A stretch of DNA of 64,000 nucleotides from Nitrosopumilaceae archaeon (lineage in GTDB: Archaea; Thermoproteota; Nitrososphaeria; Nitrososphaerales; Nitrosopumilaceae): NCBI GenBank assembly GCA_965214835.1, contig CBDCCK010000002.1, forward strand, positions 1,248,001-1,312,000, in the 5' to 3' direction. The stretch's first letter is position 1. Each line of letters begins with the position of its first letter. The notes under the pieces were generated by a model. That model saw nothing but the letters and a program-made list of their open reading frames with translations. It made no database searches and was not told the DNA's origin. The translations under genes and the position numbers were made by a program. Positions 9,028 through 20,743 of the stretch are shown here, piece by piece.

Positions 9028-11201
9028 CTCCCTTGCGACCTTCCACCAGTCCTCAATGCATGCCACGAGATCCTCCTCGCCGTCGACCAGCCTGCTCTCG
9101 TATGGTTTTTTGCCGCCTGCCTGCAGCCGCACCATCCGGCCGTCCCCCATGATTACCTTTTGAATGGCCTCCCTGATGGCGCTGATCTCGTCGTCTTCGG
9201 CACCTGCCTGCCCGGTCTTTTTGCCCTGCGGCACCCTCTGTCTTTCTATCCTTATCTTCACGGGGTCTATCCCGTACAGCCGCGCCTGCCCCCTCCACAT
9301 CTCAAGCAGCATCTCCTTTCTGTCCATTGATCCCGCCTTCTCCTCCGCGCCGGGGACAAGGAACGCCAGGCTGCGCCCGTAGGCATCCCTCATGTCCGAT
9401 ACGAGCTCGTCGGCAAGCCTGTGCTTGTTGGTCGTATACTTTGCCTCGATGTCTCCCTTGTGGCCCATGAAGAACTGGCGGTACGCGTGAGTCATCGCGC
9501 CCTTGCTTTCTGCAAGTAATAGCTGCGTGTCAAAGTACGCCCGCAGGACGTAGGGCCGCTCCTTGATAATTATGCCAAAGGCGTTCCTGATTCCGGCCGT
9601 GATGGTCACGATCCTCAGGTGGCGCGTGTCGCCTCCTGACTTTGTCCTGTACCCCTTTACGAACGTGATCACGGGCGAGTCGGGCCCCACCTTCTCGCCG
9701 CCCGCGATCCTCTCCCTGAGGTATCCCTGCAGGTACCTGCACCCTGCCTCGGGCAGGAACGTAAAGTACTGGTGTCCGGCCTTGCTCAGCGCCGGCCTTA
9801 CCGTTATCCTCCAGCAGGCATCCGGGCAAATGAGATATTCTCGCCGTCCACCTCCAGATCCGGGATGTCCCTTATGCGGAGGCCGTCCTCGCCATGATGG
9901 TTGCCAAGCACCTGCGGCCGCACTCCGGCAAAGGCCATCATGGATATGGATACGCGCTCCCTTGCAGGCGCCGAGTCAAGCACGTCCTGGATTTTCTCGC
10001 GGGTCGGAATCTCCTCGTCTTCCAGCGTCACGGGAATGTCGGCGTTCTTGATCTTTATCCTCCGGACAAGCTTGATGCCTCCTTTCTTGGCTCCTTGTCT
10101 GTGGGGCGCTGTATGTCGATGTGCGTGCCGTCTACAATCACGGTCAGATCCGGGACGATCTTCTTGACTTCCTTGATCGTGCGGGCGTTTCGTATCTTTC
10201 GCGATAGTTGAATGCAAGCCAGGTCGCGGCGCAGTATCTTGAGAAATAATGTCGCAATACCGACCTGCATACGGTGCTCTGTCTATGCCGAAGGCGCATA
10301 CGGGTTTCCGTACTTGCATCAGCGACATCAGCAGGGCGTGGCGGTAGGCTTGCACCGGTTTCCGGGCAACGTCTTCTGAGAACAGGGGGCCTTCTGTGTG
10401 CTTTTTGGCATCACCGGTCATGTCAAACTGGCGGAGGTTCATCGACGTGGTGGGCTGCAGGGACCCGCCACCGATTATGTCACGTCGAGCCTGTGCATGA
10501 GGGCGGCGTTGTCCGCGGAGGCCTGTCGCAGAGTCCTGCTGTTCCAGCTGTGATCCCGCTCCTGCCTCCTGCCGTCCTGCCTGCTCTTCTTCTCGTACTC
10601 TCTGATCTCCTTCCAGTACATCCTCTCCGTCCTGTCCCGCGCCTTCTCCTTCCTGTCCTGCCTGCTCGTGCCTCTTGATCCTCTTCTCATACTTCTTGAT
10701 CTTCTCCCGCGCCTTCTCCTTCCAGTCCTGTACCTTCTCCTTCTCGTACTGCTCGATTCTCTTCTTCGGCGTATCTGTCGGTCTCGGCTTTGCCATTACT
10801 CGCGAGAATGCGGATCTCAATCGTCTGAAAATAGCGTGTTTTGATCAAATATTTTCGTTGTAAGGTACAGTCGCGCGTGCGCCGGCCCATGCCTCATTTG
10901 TAGCCCTTCGCCGCTAATTTCGTTTACGCATAAGGTTGCAAGCCAGGAGCGCAGCGCCTTGAGAATGTCCTCATGAGCACTTTTTGCCCTCAAGAGGCGA
11001 TACGTAATCCATGCATGTCCTCCACTTTCCTTACGTCGTCGACTCCGGCCCCAGAGCCTTGGGTGTGGTGTTTGTCCTCTCACAGTCAGCCTGCGGCCTT
11101 ACCTCGGCTGTCACGCTGCCTCTGCGATGTTGTCGATCTCTCGTTGGGATCCTCAAGCAACTTTCTGTGACGTCCCCACGCCTTTTTCACGGATCACTCA
11201 T
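8959..11201 (-). pseudogene. Tyrosine integrase B, interrupted by an IS and frameshifted
   Basis: AGVRPQVLGN, LSKAGHQYFTF, YVLRAYFDT, FFMGHKGDIEAKYT; N-terminus at 10940-11201 homologous to 2640-2930. Confidence 0.85.
10075..10936 (-). mobile_element. Partial, deletion-riddled copy of the IS5-like element
   Basis: Reverse-complement match to 20744-21760 including left TIR, with many small deletions. Confidence 0.8.
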
Positions 11202-11263
11202 GATCTCTCCATTTTGCAACGGATTTTTTCGGTTTAAGGGGGGATTTCATCGCTTGAGATGGA

Positions 11264-11275
11264 TGGACCGGAAGG
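11264..11275 (-). repeat. Candidate att core (copy of tRNA-Ala(GGC) 3' end)
   Basis: TGGACCGGAAGG identical to 24465-24476; lies just upstream of integrase B. Confidence 0.55.
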
Positions 11276-11445
11276 TGTCGGAGCCCGCAGCGGGTTCGGA
11301 CCCCCGATCACGCAAACGGTAGAAAGCGATTGGAACGCTTACAGTATTCCTACCTCATTTTTTGTTTTTAAAAATTACAGAAGATGAAAATGAATTATTT
11401 TTTAACCGATTGATTTAATAGCGTTTCAACCGACAACTACTCAAC

Positions 11446-12600
11446 TTGGGCATCTATGCAGAATATCTTACAAGGCTCAAAAATTTTGAGGAGGTTACCG
11501 AGGAACGAAAGAAGGTGCTCTCGAAGATTTCCGAGCTTAGGGACGGCAGGGACGTCTTGGTGTTCGCCTCAGACCTTTCCAAAGGCAGGGCACCGATAGG
11601 AATCGAGTACACAGACCTTCTTGCAGTTCAGGACCAACTGGAGAACCTGTCAGGGCAGGCAATCGACATAGTGCTGGAGACTCCGGGCGGCCTGGGCGAA
11701 GTAGTGGAGGACATTGTAAGTCTGGTTCGCGGAAGGTACGAAAAAGTCGGAATGATAGTTCCGGGATACGCAAAGAGTGCGGGAACGATCCTTGTGATGG
11801 CAGGAGACGAGATTCTAATGGGCAAGGGATCTGCCCTTGGCCCGATAGACGGACAGCTGCAGCTGGCAAACGGCAAGCGCTTCTCTGCGGACGCGTTCTT
11901 GGAGGGACTCGAGAAAATAAAGGGCGAGGTGGAGGAGACAAAGAAGCTAAACCCCGCATACATCCCGATTCTGCAAAACATATCGCCGGGAGAGATTCAA
12001 AACTGCAAGAACATTCAGGACTTTTCCAAGCACCTGGTTACGGAGTGGCTTGCCAAGTACAAGTTCAAGTACTGGGACAGGCACTCTGACGGGCGCGGCG
12101 TTACAGAAGAAGAGAGATGCAGCAGGGCCAAAAAAATTGCGACAGACCTTTGCTCACAGTCAAGGTGGCTCACACACGGACGCTCTATCAAGATAGACGA
12201 CCTGGAGAAGCTCAAGGTAAAAATCACAGATTACAGCAAGAATGAAGAGCTGAACGAGGCTGTAACTCGCTACTACATCCTGCTGAGAATGAGCTTTGAG
12301 AGCTCTGCGATATACAAGATCTTCGAGACGGCCGACTCGCAGATATACCGCTCTGTGGCTCCTGTGCGGCCTGCCCCACAAAACCAAAAGAGCCTCATCA
12401 TAGACGGTTCGTGCACAAAGTGCAAGCATAAACTTAAAGTTCAGATCAACCTAGAAAAGAACATGCCATTGGAAGAAGGTGCGATAGCATATCCGGTCTC
12501 GACGGATTCCATCGACTGTCCCGAATGCGGCGAAAAAACAAACCTGCTGCCGTTCAGGCAACAGATCGAATCGCAGACTGGAAAAAAGGTGGTTGAATAA
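11446..12600 (+). CDS. ClpP/SppA-class (SDH-type) serine protease with C-terminal Zn ribbon
   Basis: LETPGG, AKSAGT (Ser), LGPID, THGR (His); CTKC..CPEC. Confidence 0.85.
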   Translation: MGIYAEYLTRLKNFEEVTEERKKVLSKISELRDGRDVLVFASDLSKGRAPIGIEYTDLLAVQDQLENLSGQAIDIVLETPGGLGEVVEDIVSLVRGRYEKVGMIVPGYAKSAGTILVMAGDEILMGKGSALGPIDGQLQLANGKRFSADAFLEGLEKIKGEVEETKKLNPAYIPILQNISPGEIQNCKNIQDFSKHLVTEWLAKYKFKYWDRHSDGRGVTEEERCSRAKKIATDLCSQSRWLTHGRSIKIDDLEKLKVKITDYSKNEELNEAVTRYYILLRMSFESSAIYKIFETADSQIYRSVAPVRPAPQNQKSLIIDGSCTKCKHKLKVQINLEKNMPLEEGAIAYPVSTDSIDCPECGEKTNLLPFRQQIESQTGKKVVE

Positions 12601-12784
12601 AATGGCCAGAGACGGATTTAAAATAATCTTTGAGCACATGGACAAGGAAATGAAAGGACAGGCGGAGCTGCAAGCAGATGCGATCAGATGCGCGCTAGAG
12701 CAAAGCGACGAGATAAAAAAATTGATTGAGATTATCAACGACGCGATCCCGGCTGACGAACCCCTCCTCTATTCCAGCTCATAG
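12593..12784 (+). CDS. Small acidic helical protein overlapping the protease stop
   Basis: 63-aa ORF translationally coupled to the upstream gene. Confidence 0.55.
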   Translation: MNKMARDGFKIIFEHMDKEMKGQAELQADAIRCALEQSDEIKKLIEIINDAIPADEPLLYSSS

Positions 12785-13095
12785 GTTTCAATTTTTGGTT
12801 TGAGGTCTTGTCGGGTCGTACTTTGTGTTCATGGTCGATACAATATTCATCTGGAATGTGCTTGCCAGCTGTATCCATGATGCATGCAACGCATCTCCTC
12901 TTTCCAATGTACATTAGACCTTATGCGTAAACGAAATTAGCGGCGTTGCCCCCGGCACCCGGGCTACAAAGGGCGGGTGCAACAGGAGCCGGCGCACGCG
13001 TGATGACACCTCACCATGTTGAAAATATTTGATCAAACTTACAATTGTTTTCAGCCGGTTGATTTAGATCCGGGATCCATTCCCTCACAAGAGTA

Positions 13096-14443
13096 ATGGC
13101 AAAGTCCGAGACCGAGCAGATACGACTGCTTAAGAAGAGAATCGAGCAGTACGAGAAGGAGAAGGTGCAGGACAGGAAGGAGAAGGCCAGGGACAAAAAG
13201 AAGATCAAGGAGTACGAGAAGAGGATCAAGAGGCAGGAGAAGAGGATCAGGAAGGACAGGAAGGAGAAGGCACGGGGCAGGAAGGAGAGGATGCAGTACA
13301 GGAAGAAGATCAGAGAGTACGAGAAGAAGAGCAGGCAGGACGGCAGGAGGCACGAGAAGGATCAGGATAGGATAGAACAGATGGAGCAGCGGCTGGACGC
13401 TGAGCGCCAGATGTGGCCCGCAACCTGGGATGACGACAGGCGCTCCGCGGACAACGCCGCGTTCATGCACAGGCTCGAGGTGCTCGATGACATAATAGAC
13501 GGCGGATCCCTGCAGCCCACCACGTCGATGAACCGCCGCCAGTTTGACTTTATATCCGACCGGTTTACGAAGCTTGCCAAAAAGCACACAGAAGGCCCCC
13601 TGTTCTCAGAAGACGAGGACAACTTGCCCGGAAACCGGTGCAAGCTGTCCTACCGCCACGCCCTGCTGATGTCGCTGATGCGCAAGTACGGAAACCCGAC
13701 ACAGGAGCAGCTTGCGGTATTCTTTGGCATAGACCAGAGTACGGTATGCAGGTACCTCAGGTATTGCGACATGATATTCACCAAGATGCTGCCCACGCCG
13801 GACGCCGTATCGCGAAAGATACGAAACGCCCGCACGATCAAGGAAGTCAAGAAGATCGTCCCGGATCTGACCGTGATTGTAGACGGCACGCACATCGACA
13901 TACAGCGCCCCACAGACAAGGAGCCAAGAAAGGAAGCATACTCGGGCAAGAAGAAGAGCTTTACGCGCAATGTCCAGGTGCTGGCCAGCAAGAGTGGGCT
14001 GACGTTGTATGCAAGCGAGTCGGCGCCGGGAAGCGCGCACGACCTCACCATGATAAGGGACAACCCACCGGATCTGGGAATCCTGACTGCCAGGATGCGC
14101 AGCAACAGAAAGCACCCCGAGGACGAGAAGGTAAAGATGTTCTCGGATCTGGGATACGTGGGAATCAAGGAACTGTATCCCGGGGCCATATCCATGCAGC
14201 CCCACAAGAAGCCAAGAGGGGGCAAACTTACAAGAAAACAGCAAGCGCACAACAGGAGGATAAGCAGCGAGAGGGTGACGGAGTAGAGCACGCCATAAGG
14301 GGCATCAAGTGGTACAAGCGGATGCGTGATCCGTACGATGGGACGGCCGAGGAGTTGACCGGGAGTTCCAGGTGACAGCCGGGCTTGCCAACTTTAGGTT
14401 GCTGTGGGACAAGCCGAACAAGAAGCTCATGCATGGGTTCTGA
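13096..14443 (+). pseudogene. IS5-like transposase, frameshifted near 14280
   Basis: Near-identical to 20921-22267 up to ISSERVT, then frameshifts. Confidence 0.85.
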
Positions 14444-14575
14444 TATCACGATACGGAGCGCATTGCGGCGCCACACGATGCCGCACTATACCACGGTTTT
14501 TACCAGCCAGACGGGCCTGCAGCTGCACGGTACGCGGACTCTGCCACCTTCATACGCGTCATCTGATGCTATTTA

Positions 14576-17271
14576 CAGTAGTTGAAAATGTACCCCATAA
14601 ATCCGTCTAGCCGGGATCATGCCGCCGTCGCCCCACCCCGATCCTGTCGGCATCCGGCGCACGGAGGCAGCACGAATACAGAACCACGGCATACATCAGA
14701 GTCAGCAGCGCCATGACGCGGGTCTTTGGGTCTCCCGAGTGCCCTCATTGTCAGCCATATGTTGCATACTGCAAGCGACATGTAAAACAACAAGCACACG
14801 CAGGACAGGATTCCTGCTGGTGGTCCGCGGCCATGACGCTCTTGGCACAGCGGTATCCGGTCTCTATGCCCCACCTGTTCCGGTACTCTCTTGTCACATG
14901 GCAGAACAGCTGCCGATAGCTGCAGCAGCGCACCGTGGTCGCAAACACGTGGTATCTGTCAAAGACGTTCTTTGCCTTGGACTTGAGATCTTCTTGATGA
15001 CCGGAGCGTGCAAGCAGATGCGACTCAGATGCGCGTCTAGAGCAAAGCGACGATGATAAAAAAATTGATACTGAGATTATCAACTTGACGCGATCCCGGC
15101 TGCACGATGGCCCTCCTCTATTCCAGCTCATAGCGTCTTCAATTTTTGGTTTGATGAATGCAAACCCGGGTTCGTACTATTGCATCCATTACATGGTCGA
15201 TACAAGAACCCCCTGTCAATCTGGATGATGCTGCGCCTTGACCCGAGCCTGGGCGTAATGCCCATGATCGGCGCATTTTTTGAGCATATTACGCATCAGA
15301 TCGGCTCTGTTCCAATGTACATCTAGACCCCGTATATGCGTAAACGACTTTTAGCGGCGTTGCCCCCGGCAGTTCGGGCTATCAAAGGGCGGGTGCAACA
15401 GGAGCCTTTGGCGCACGCGTACGATGAACTCCATCGGAGTGAGATATCCAAGCGAGGAGTGTATTCTATCATTGTTTTCAGTCCCGGCCTGATTTATGAC
15501 GTCCGAGGCGTCCATTCCCTCAGCCAAGAGTAATGGGGCCACAGGTAGTCCCTCTTGATGCTTCCGAGCAGATACGACTGCTTAAGTGGCCGTTTTGTTC
15601 TGAGCAGTACTGTATGCTAGGAGAAGGTGCAGGATTCCCAGCTGTTTTAGGAGAAGGCCAGGGACAAAAAGAAGATGGAGTACTGAGAACCGTTGTCTGA
15701 TCGCAGAGGTCAGCATGCTGAAGTCCGGATCTGCAGGATACCGGATCGAGGAAGGCCTGAATCGCATTCTCCTTTTGCGCCGTGGTATCAGGAAGGAGTA
15801 TGGATGCCATCTACAGCGAAGAAGGCATCAGAGAGTACGTTGAAGACAGTAGCAGGCAGCCGTCCCGGCAGGAGTCCACGTATGTAATGTCTGCCTGCCA
15901 CAGCCGGTTGGGGGCATCTGGCCTTGTAAGCTTGCGCGAGGCCCGTATTATGTCGTTTTTGGTCTTTTTGGGCTCGATCCAGCCTATCTGGCGGTAGATT
16001 CGCTGTATCTTTTTGCGGTTTACGCGCACGCCAGTCTCGCGCAATATCTGGTTTGCCATCCTCCGGGTTCCATACGTCGGCCTTTTCTTGCCTATGGTAC
16101 GTATGATTGAGACCGTCCCAGAGTCGGCTTTTCTGGTCCGTCTGTCGACGTCCTTCCTGGCGTAATACCAGGTGCCCTTTGAGACGCCGCAGTATTTCAG
16201 GGCCGTGTTGAGGCCCATCTTCTGGTGGCAGATCTGTACGGCATTCATCCTTTGCTCAGCTCCATTGTTTTTTTTAAAGCGTCACAGGCCACTGCATACT
16301 CGCCTATGATGCGTTTGAGATTCTGGTTCTCCTTTTGCAGGGCAGCCGCTACCTTGTCATTCCGGCCCAGGATGGATGCCTTGCCGCCCTCGACGAACCT
16401 GTCCATCCACCTGCCAAACGTGGTGGGCGCGATGTTGTGCTTGCGGCACAGCTCGGCAGTGCTGATGCTGGTCTTGATGGACTCCATCACTATGTCTGTC
16501 TTTTCGGCCAATGTGAACTTTTGTTTTTTCATGCCCCGTATGCCCTCCTGTCATATACAAATTCTACGCATTTGGGTGGTTCGAATTTTATGGGGTCCTC
16601 ACCATTGTCGCCCTCGGTCACCATGCGGCAGGCCGTATGCACGTCGGCGCCGGCCTTGGATGTCAGCTTGCATGTCATGTACTGCTCATAGTTGATGGTG
16701 CCCCTGTCGCGCTTTGACTTTACCAGGTGCTTTATGTCGGTTTTCTTGTCGTATCTGGGCAGCTTGGTCTCGTCTATGGCAAGGACAGGCGCCTTGTGGC
16801 TCCTTTGGAGGGAGCAAAGCTGCCTGCCCACCGCCTCGGCGGCCGTGTAATGCAGCATTGCATCGCACCTTTTCTCCATCGTGGACAGTCTTGCGTGCCC
16901 CAGCTTTGCAAGAAGCCAGGCCGAGCTGGGCACCGCGGCCCCGGCGCCTTCTGATGCAAGAAGTGCAAGCTTTTGGGCGGTATAGTGCGCACATGCGGAA
17001 CGCTCCGACATGGATGCAATCAGGCGGGAGGCGTCTTCCAAGCCCCACATGGCGTTGTGTCTTGAGGAGAACTTGATTTTCAGCATGCCTACTGCGGTAA
17101 CCAAGAATTTAAATCCGGCCTCACCGTACCTTGTGTGGTGTTTCTGTTGGGTTTGGTTCATTATCAAGGTAGACAGGAACACCGCTGTTTATAGCTCGAT
17201 TGGTGAAAAAATCATGTCAACTTGTTCAAAACATTCAGACACTTAAAAAGGGGGTACATTTTCAACTACTG
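14576..17271 (-). mobile_element. ISH3-family element, transposase interrupted by IS3
   Basis: Perfect 21-bp TIR CAGTAGTTGAAAATGTACCCC, 5-bp TSD ATTTA; LAIDETKLPRYD and YRNRWGIETGYR motifs. Confidence 0.9.
15322..16601 (-). mobile_element. IS3-family element copy 1 (orfA 16245-16532, orfB from 16248; distal part garbled)
   Basis: Left end TGAGGACCCCATAAAATTCGAACC; HTH orfA; orfB YGTRR..WQADITY. Confidence 0.85.
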
Positions 17272-17601
17272 ATTTACTTTGCATGCACGGTAGACTTTCA
17301 ATCGGAATGTTTCGATCCGGTAGATTACGCATAAGGTCTAATCACTCCAGACAAAACGAAGAAATTTGTGTTGTCATTGTAGCTCACAGAGCCAGATTCG
17401 TCTACATACATAATCGGCATATGGTTATTGTCTTTGCACCCCTGTTATTAATGCCCAGATGCATACGGATCTGCAGACAGCCTAATCCGGATTGTGTCAA
17501 ACCTAGAGCCGTCTTATGGGGAACTTTTGGGAAGGCTGGCAACAGACTATTCAATCCGGATTGAAGATTTTCTTATTATGATGCAGTGTGCAGATGAGGC
17601 A

Positions 17602-18186
17602 ATGATTTTGAATACGAAGCAAAAACTGCTGGTTTTGGGAATGGCGGCAGCCTGCCTGTCCGTCCCCGGCTCTGCACATGCGAATCACGGTGTGGGCGCG
17701 GGATCCTGGAACCACGACGATGTGGGATATGCGTGTCTCAGCTCTGTCAATCTCATGCCTGTCGAATCCAGCACTGATCCGTGCGATGACTTTGCAACAG
17801 CCGTGGATGTCTGGAACTCCATACCATCATCAAGTTTGGAGTTTGACGAGGTTTTGTCGAGCACGGCAAACATGACTGTTGGTGCATCCAGCCTGTATTC
17901 CGGGACATGGGCCGTCAACCAAGTCGTGATACAGGGGGGAACCACCATAGTGGATTCTGACATCCGGTTCAACTACAATGTGCATTGGGGTGACCGCGCC
18001 GGTGCAGATTGGTGGAAGTTCTGGGTCAAGGACTACCTGTCCACTGCAATCCATGAAACGGGCCACGCGATCAGGTTGGTACATGATCCGAACTCGGAGC
18101 TGATGCGCGGCAGTCACGGCATCGGCGAGATATACCGGACCCCGTCAGAACACGACGTAAGTACTGTGGAGGGGAAATATCCATGA
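17602..18186 (+). CDS. Secreted matrixin-like metzincin protease
   Basis: Signal peptide ending AHA; HETGHAIRLVH zinc motif; SELM Met-turn. Confidence 0.8.
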   Translation: MILNTKQKLLVLGMAAACLSVPGSAHANHGVGAGSWNHDDVGYACLSSVNLMPVESSTDPCDDFATAVDVWNSIPSSSLEFDEVLSSTANMTVGASSLYSGTWAVNQVVIQGGTTIVDSDIRFNYNVHWGDRAGADWWKFWVKDYLSTAIHETGHAIRLVHDPNSELMRGSHGIGEIYRTPSEHDVSTVEGKYP

Positions 18187-18770
18187 GCCGCCGAATCATA
18201 CTTTCAGCAGTGGTGGCGGCGGTGCTGCTGCCGGTGCTCCTGCTGTTCGTGCCAGGACAGACGTATGTGGAACACACGCAGACGGCGTTCCCACACACTG
18301 ACAAGACGGTTGCAATACAACACTCCGATGAGGTTGCATTCACGCTTCAGGAACGAGTGAAACACAGCGATCTGGTGATCGAGGGCGTGGTGAGCAACAT
18401 GGCCTCTGTGAAGAAGCAGATGGATCCGGCCGATGACGGCTACTGGGTCTTCACGATCGTCACGGTGAAGGTAAGCGATGTCTTCAAGGGCGAGACGGAT
18501 GAGGGAACCGTAGACGTACAGCTGTATGGCGGGGAAACTGACGACATGATAGCTGTGTTCGATAGGCATGACGTCGGGATCAACGACGATGTCATAATGT
18601 TCCTAGAGAAAAATCCGGACGGCATAGCCGGTGACAGTTATGCCCTGGTCGGCCCCACGTCTGGAATGTATCTGATCGAAGGAGACTCTGCCAAGCACTA
18701 CCACGAGGAAATGTCGCTGACGGCGGGGAGCCTGAGGGATGCAGTCAAGGCAGCACATGGCCTCAACTGA
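18183..18770 (+). CDS. Membrane-anchored/exported beta-rich protein
   Basis: N-terminal TM, SDLVIEGVV..VKVSDVFKG..GGE pattern; ATGA overlap with the protease. Confidence 0.7.
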   Translation: MSRRIILSAVVAAVLLPVLLLFVPGQTYVEHTQTAFPHTDKTVAIQHSDEVAFTLQERVKHSDLVIEGVVSNMASVKKQMDPADDGYWVFTIVTVKVSDVFKGETDEGTVDVQLYGGETDDMIAVFDRHDVGINDDVIMFLEKNPDGIAGDSYALVGPTSGMYLIEGDSAKHYHEEMSLTAGSLRDAVKAAHGLN

Positions 18771-18777
18771 GGCATTC

Positions 18778-19332
18778 CTATTTTTTTCTATGCACATAGA
18801 TCCTTTCCGCTACGAGTCCCATGACCACTATGAGCAGGCCCGCTACTAGGGCGCCTGTCAGCGACAGGCCGGCATCCGAATCGGCGCCGGGATCCACCTG
18901 GACGCTTGCAGTCCGGAGTGCCAGCGGCACCAGGCCTGCAATGCCGATCACCACGAACTTCACGCCGCCTAGAATCCGTCTCAACAACCTGTCCTCGTCC
19001 TCCTCTTGCATGCCCGGCAACGCAAGCAGTCCTTTGGGTATTCCAAAGTGCCTGTGTTCGATGCCCTTCTTGGTGATCCTCTTGTAGGTAATATCGACTA
19101 GGCCGATTGACTCCATCTTGTGCAGGTGATGAACCACCAGGTTTGGGCGCAATCCCAGTTTTTTTGCAATTTCGTTTACGTACATCTCGCGGCTGATCAG
19201 CGCCTTGACAATGCTGCGGCCAGACTCGTTGCCAAGTATCTCCCCCAGCACCTTCAGTGACTCGTCCGAAGAAAAAACTTTGATCCTGAGATCCTCGTCC
19301 TTGCCCACGCCTGCATGCCTCAGTCTTCCCAT
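18778..19332 (-). CDS. ArsR-like winged-HTH regulator with two C-terminal TM helices
   Basis: MYVNEIAKKLGLRPNLVVHHLHKMESIGLV followed by two hydrophobic segments. Confidence 0.8.
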   Translation of the reverse strand: MGRLRHAGVGKDEDLRIKVFSSDESLKVLGEILGNESGRSIVKALISREMYVNEIAKKLGLRPNLVVHHLHKMESIGLVDITYKRITKKGIEHRHFGIPKGLLALPGMQEEDEDRLLRRILGGVKFVVIGIAGLVPLALRTASVQVDPGADSDAGLSLTGALVAGLLIVVMGLVAERIYVHRKK

Positions 19333-20617
19333 ATGTATCTGACCCGTGGCGGTGCAGACGGCTACGTACGGATCTACAGGCAGGGGGTCATGACTTCAAT
19401 TCTGCCTAGGGGCTATCCTAGCATCTATGTGTCGTGTTTATAAGGATTCCACGCGTAATAGCTTGTTGCATAACTCCGACTAGAGCCCAGCCAATTCTTC
19501 CGGATCACTACCGGCGCTCGGTTCCTACACGGCAGCCACCGCCTCTGCGATCCACTTGTTGTACAGCCATATCCTCAACTTTACCTCCTGCACTATATTG
19601 GACCACTTGAGGGCCTTTACGTCCTCGCCAAACATGCGCTTTATGGCCGATATCACGATCTCGACGATCCATCTGATGCCAAAGCCGATCGTGCTCTTCG
19701 GGTACCGCAGGTTTTCCTGCCTCTCCTCCTTTGATAGACTGCCCACCGGCTCCTCGGGGCCGCCCCCGAGCTGCCATCGCACCAGCCGGCCCCACTTGTC
19801 GCCGCTGCCCCTGCCCCTTGCATTGCAGCTTGTCAAAAGCCGTATGAGCGGCCTTATGCAGCACCCATGGCACTCGGCCGCGTTCTTCCTTGAACAGTAT
19901 CCACCGTCCGCAGGCAGGATCCTGCCCGGCATGCTCGGATTCTCGCCGGTACTGATCAGGACCAGCGACGAGATCCCGTCTGCAAGCATGTTGTAGATCT
20001 TGACTGCGTCCGCGGCATCGGGGCAGTCCTGCTGCTACGCATCTTCCCTGATGCTCCTGGTCGCCTCCTCTAGCAGTGTCGGCAGCTCCATGCTGTCGCC
20101 GACTGCCTCGTCTGTGACGGCTACTGCCAGCACCTGCCTGATGTCTGCGTCGATCATCAGGTGCACCTTGACGAACCCGCGCCTTACCTTCCATTTCCTG
20201 CGTATCCACTCTCCCCGGTTGTGCTGCCTGAGGCCCGTGGCGTCGGCTATCATGACCAGGTTCCGGGATTTGTCGCGCACCGTGATCATTCTCTGCAATG
20301 TTGACGTCAAGCTTCTGCATCACCCTGTATATCGCGGTGTAACACGGCGAGTCCATGCCCTTCAGCATCTCCCTGATCATGCCTGACAGCTGCCTGTATG
20401 GTATCATGAATGCGGTCCTGAGCGCAGCCATGGCCATTATCATGCCTTCTGCGTACAGGAACGGGGCGCCTTCCTTGTGGCGGTTGGCATTCTTCAGATC
20501 CTTCTCCCAACCCGAGTCGTACCTGACGGCTAGGCCTGCGCCCCTCTCTACGTACTTCGTTGTCCGTGCGTGTCAACTCGTGCCATACAGGGCACCCTCA
20601 TGATCCATTGTTTTTTC

Positions 20618-20709
20618 GTATGTGGTCACGTCCCTTGCTAGCTAGGCGTGAAGATCACAATCATTCATGCTAATTCGTGCCTGACTGGCGGGGGTAGGTG
20701 ACCTCGTAC
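20618..20709 (+). mobile_element. MITE family A copy (92 bp)
   Basis: TIR GTATGTGGTCAC/GTGACCTCGTAC, perfect 8-bp TSD GTTTTTTC. Confidence 0.9.
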
Positions 20710-20743
20710 GTTTTTTCGGTCAGGATTAGTAGATCATTTCAGT

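Larger units (their letters stand above)
12916..17339 (+). mobile_element. IS5-like (DDE_Tnp_4 type) element with nested ISH3 and IS3
   Basis: TIRs AGACCTTATGCGTAA / TTACGCATAAGGTCT at TA sites; colinear with the intact copy 20744-22461. Confidence 0.9.

Noticed and set aside
10075-11260. Dense micro-deletions as a targeted mutagenesis process
   Set aside because: Pattern spans IS and integrase alike and resembles the consensus artefact at 15 kb; needs raw reads
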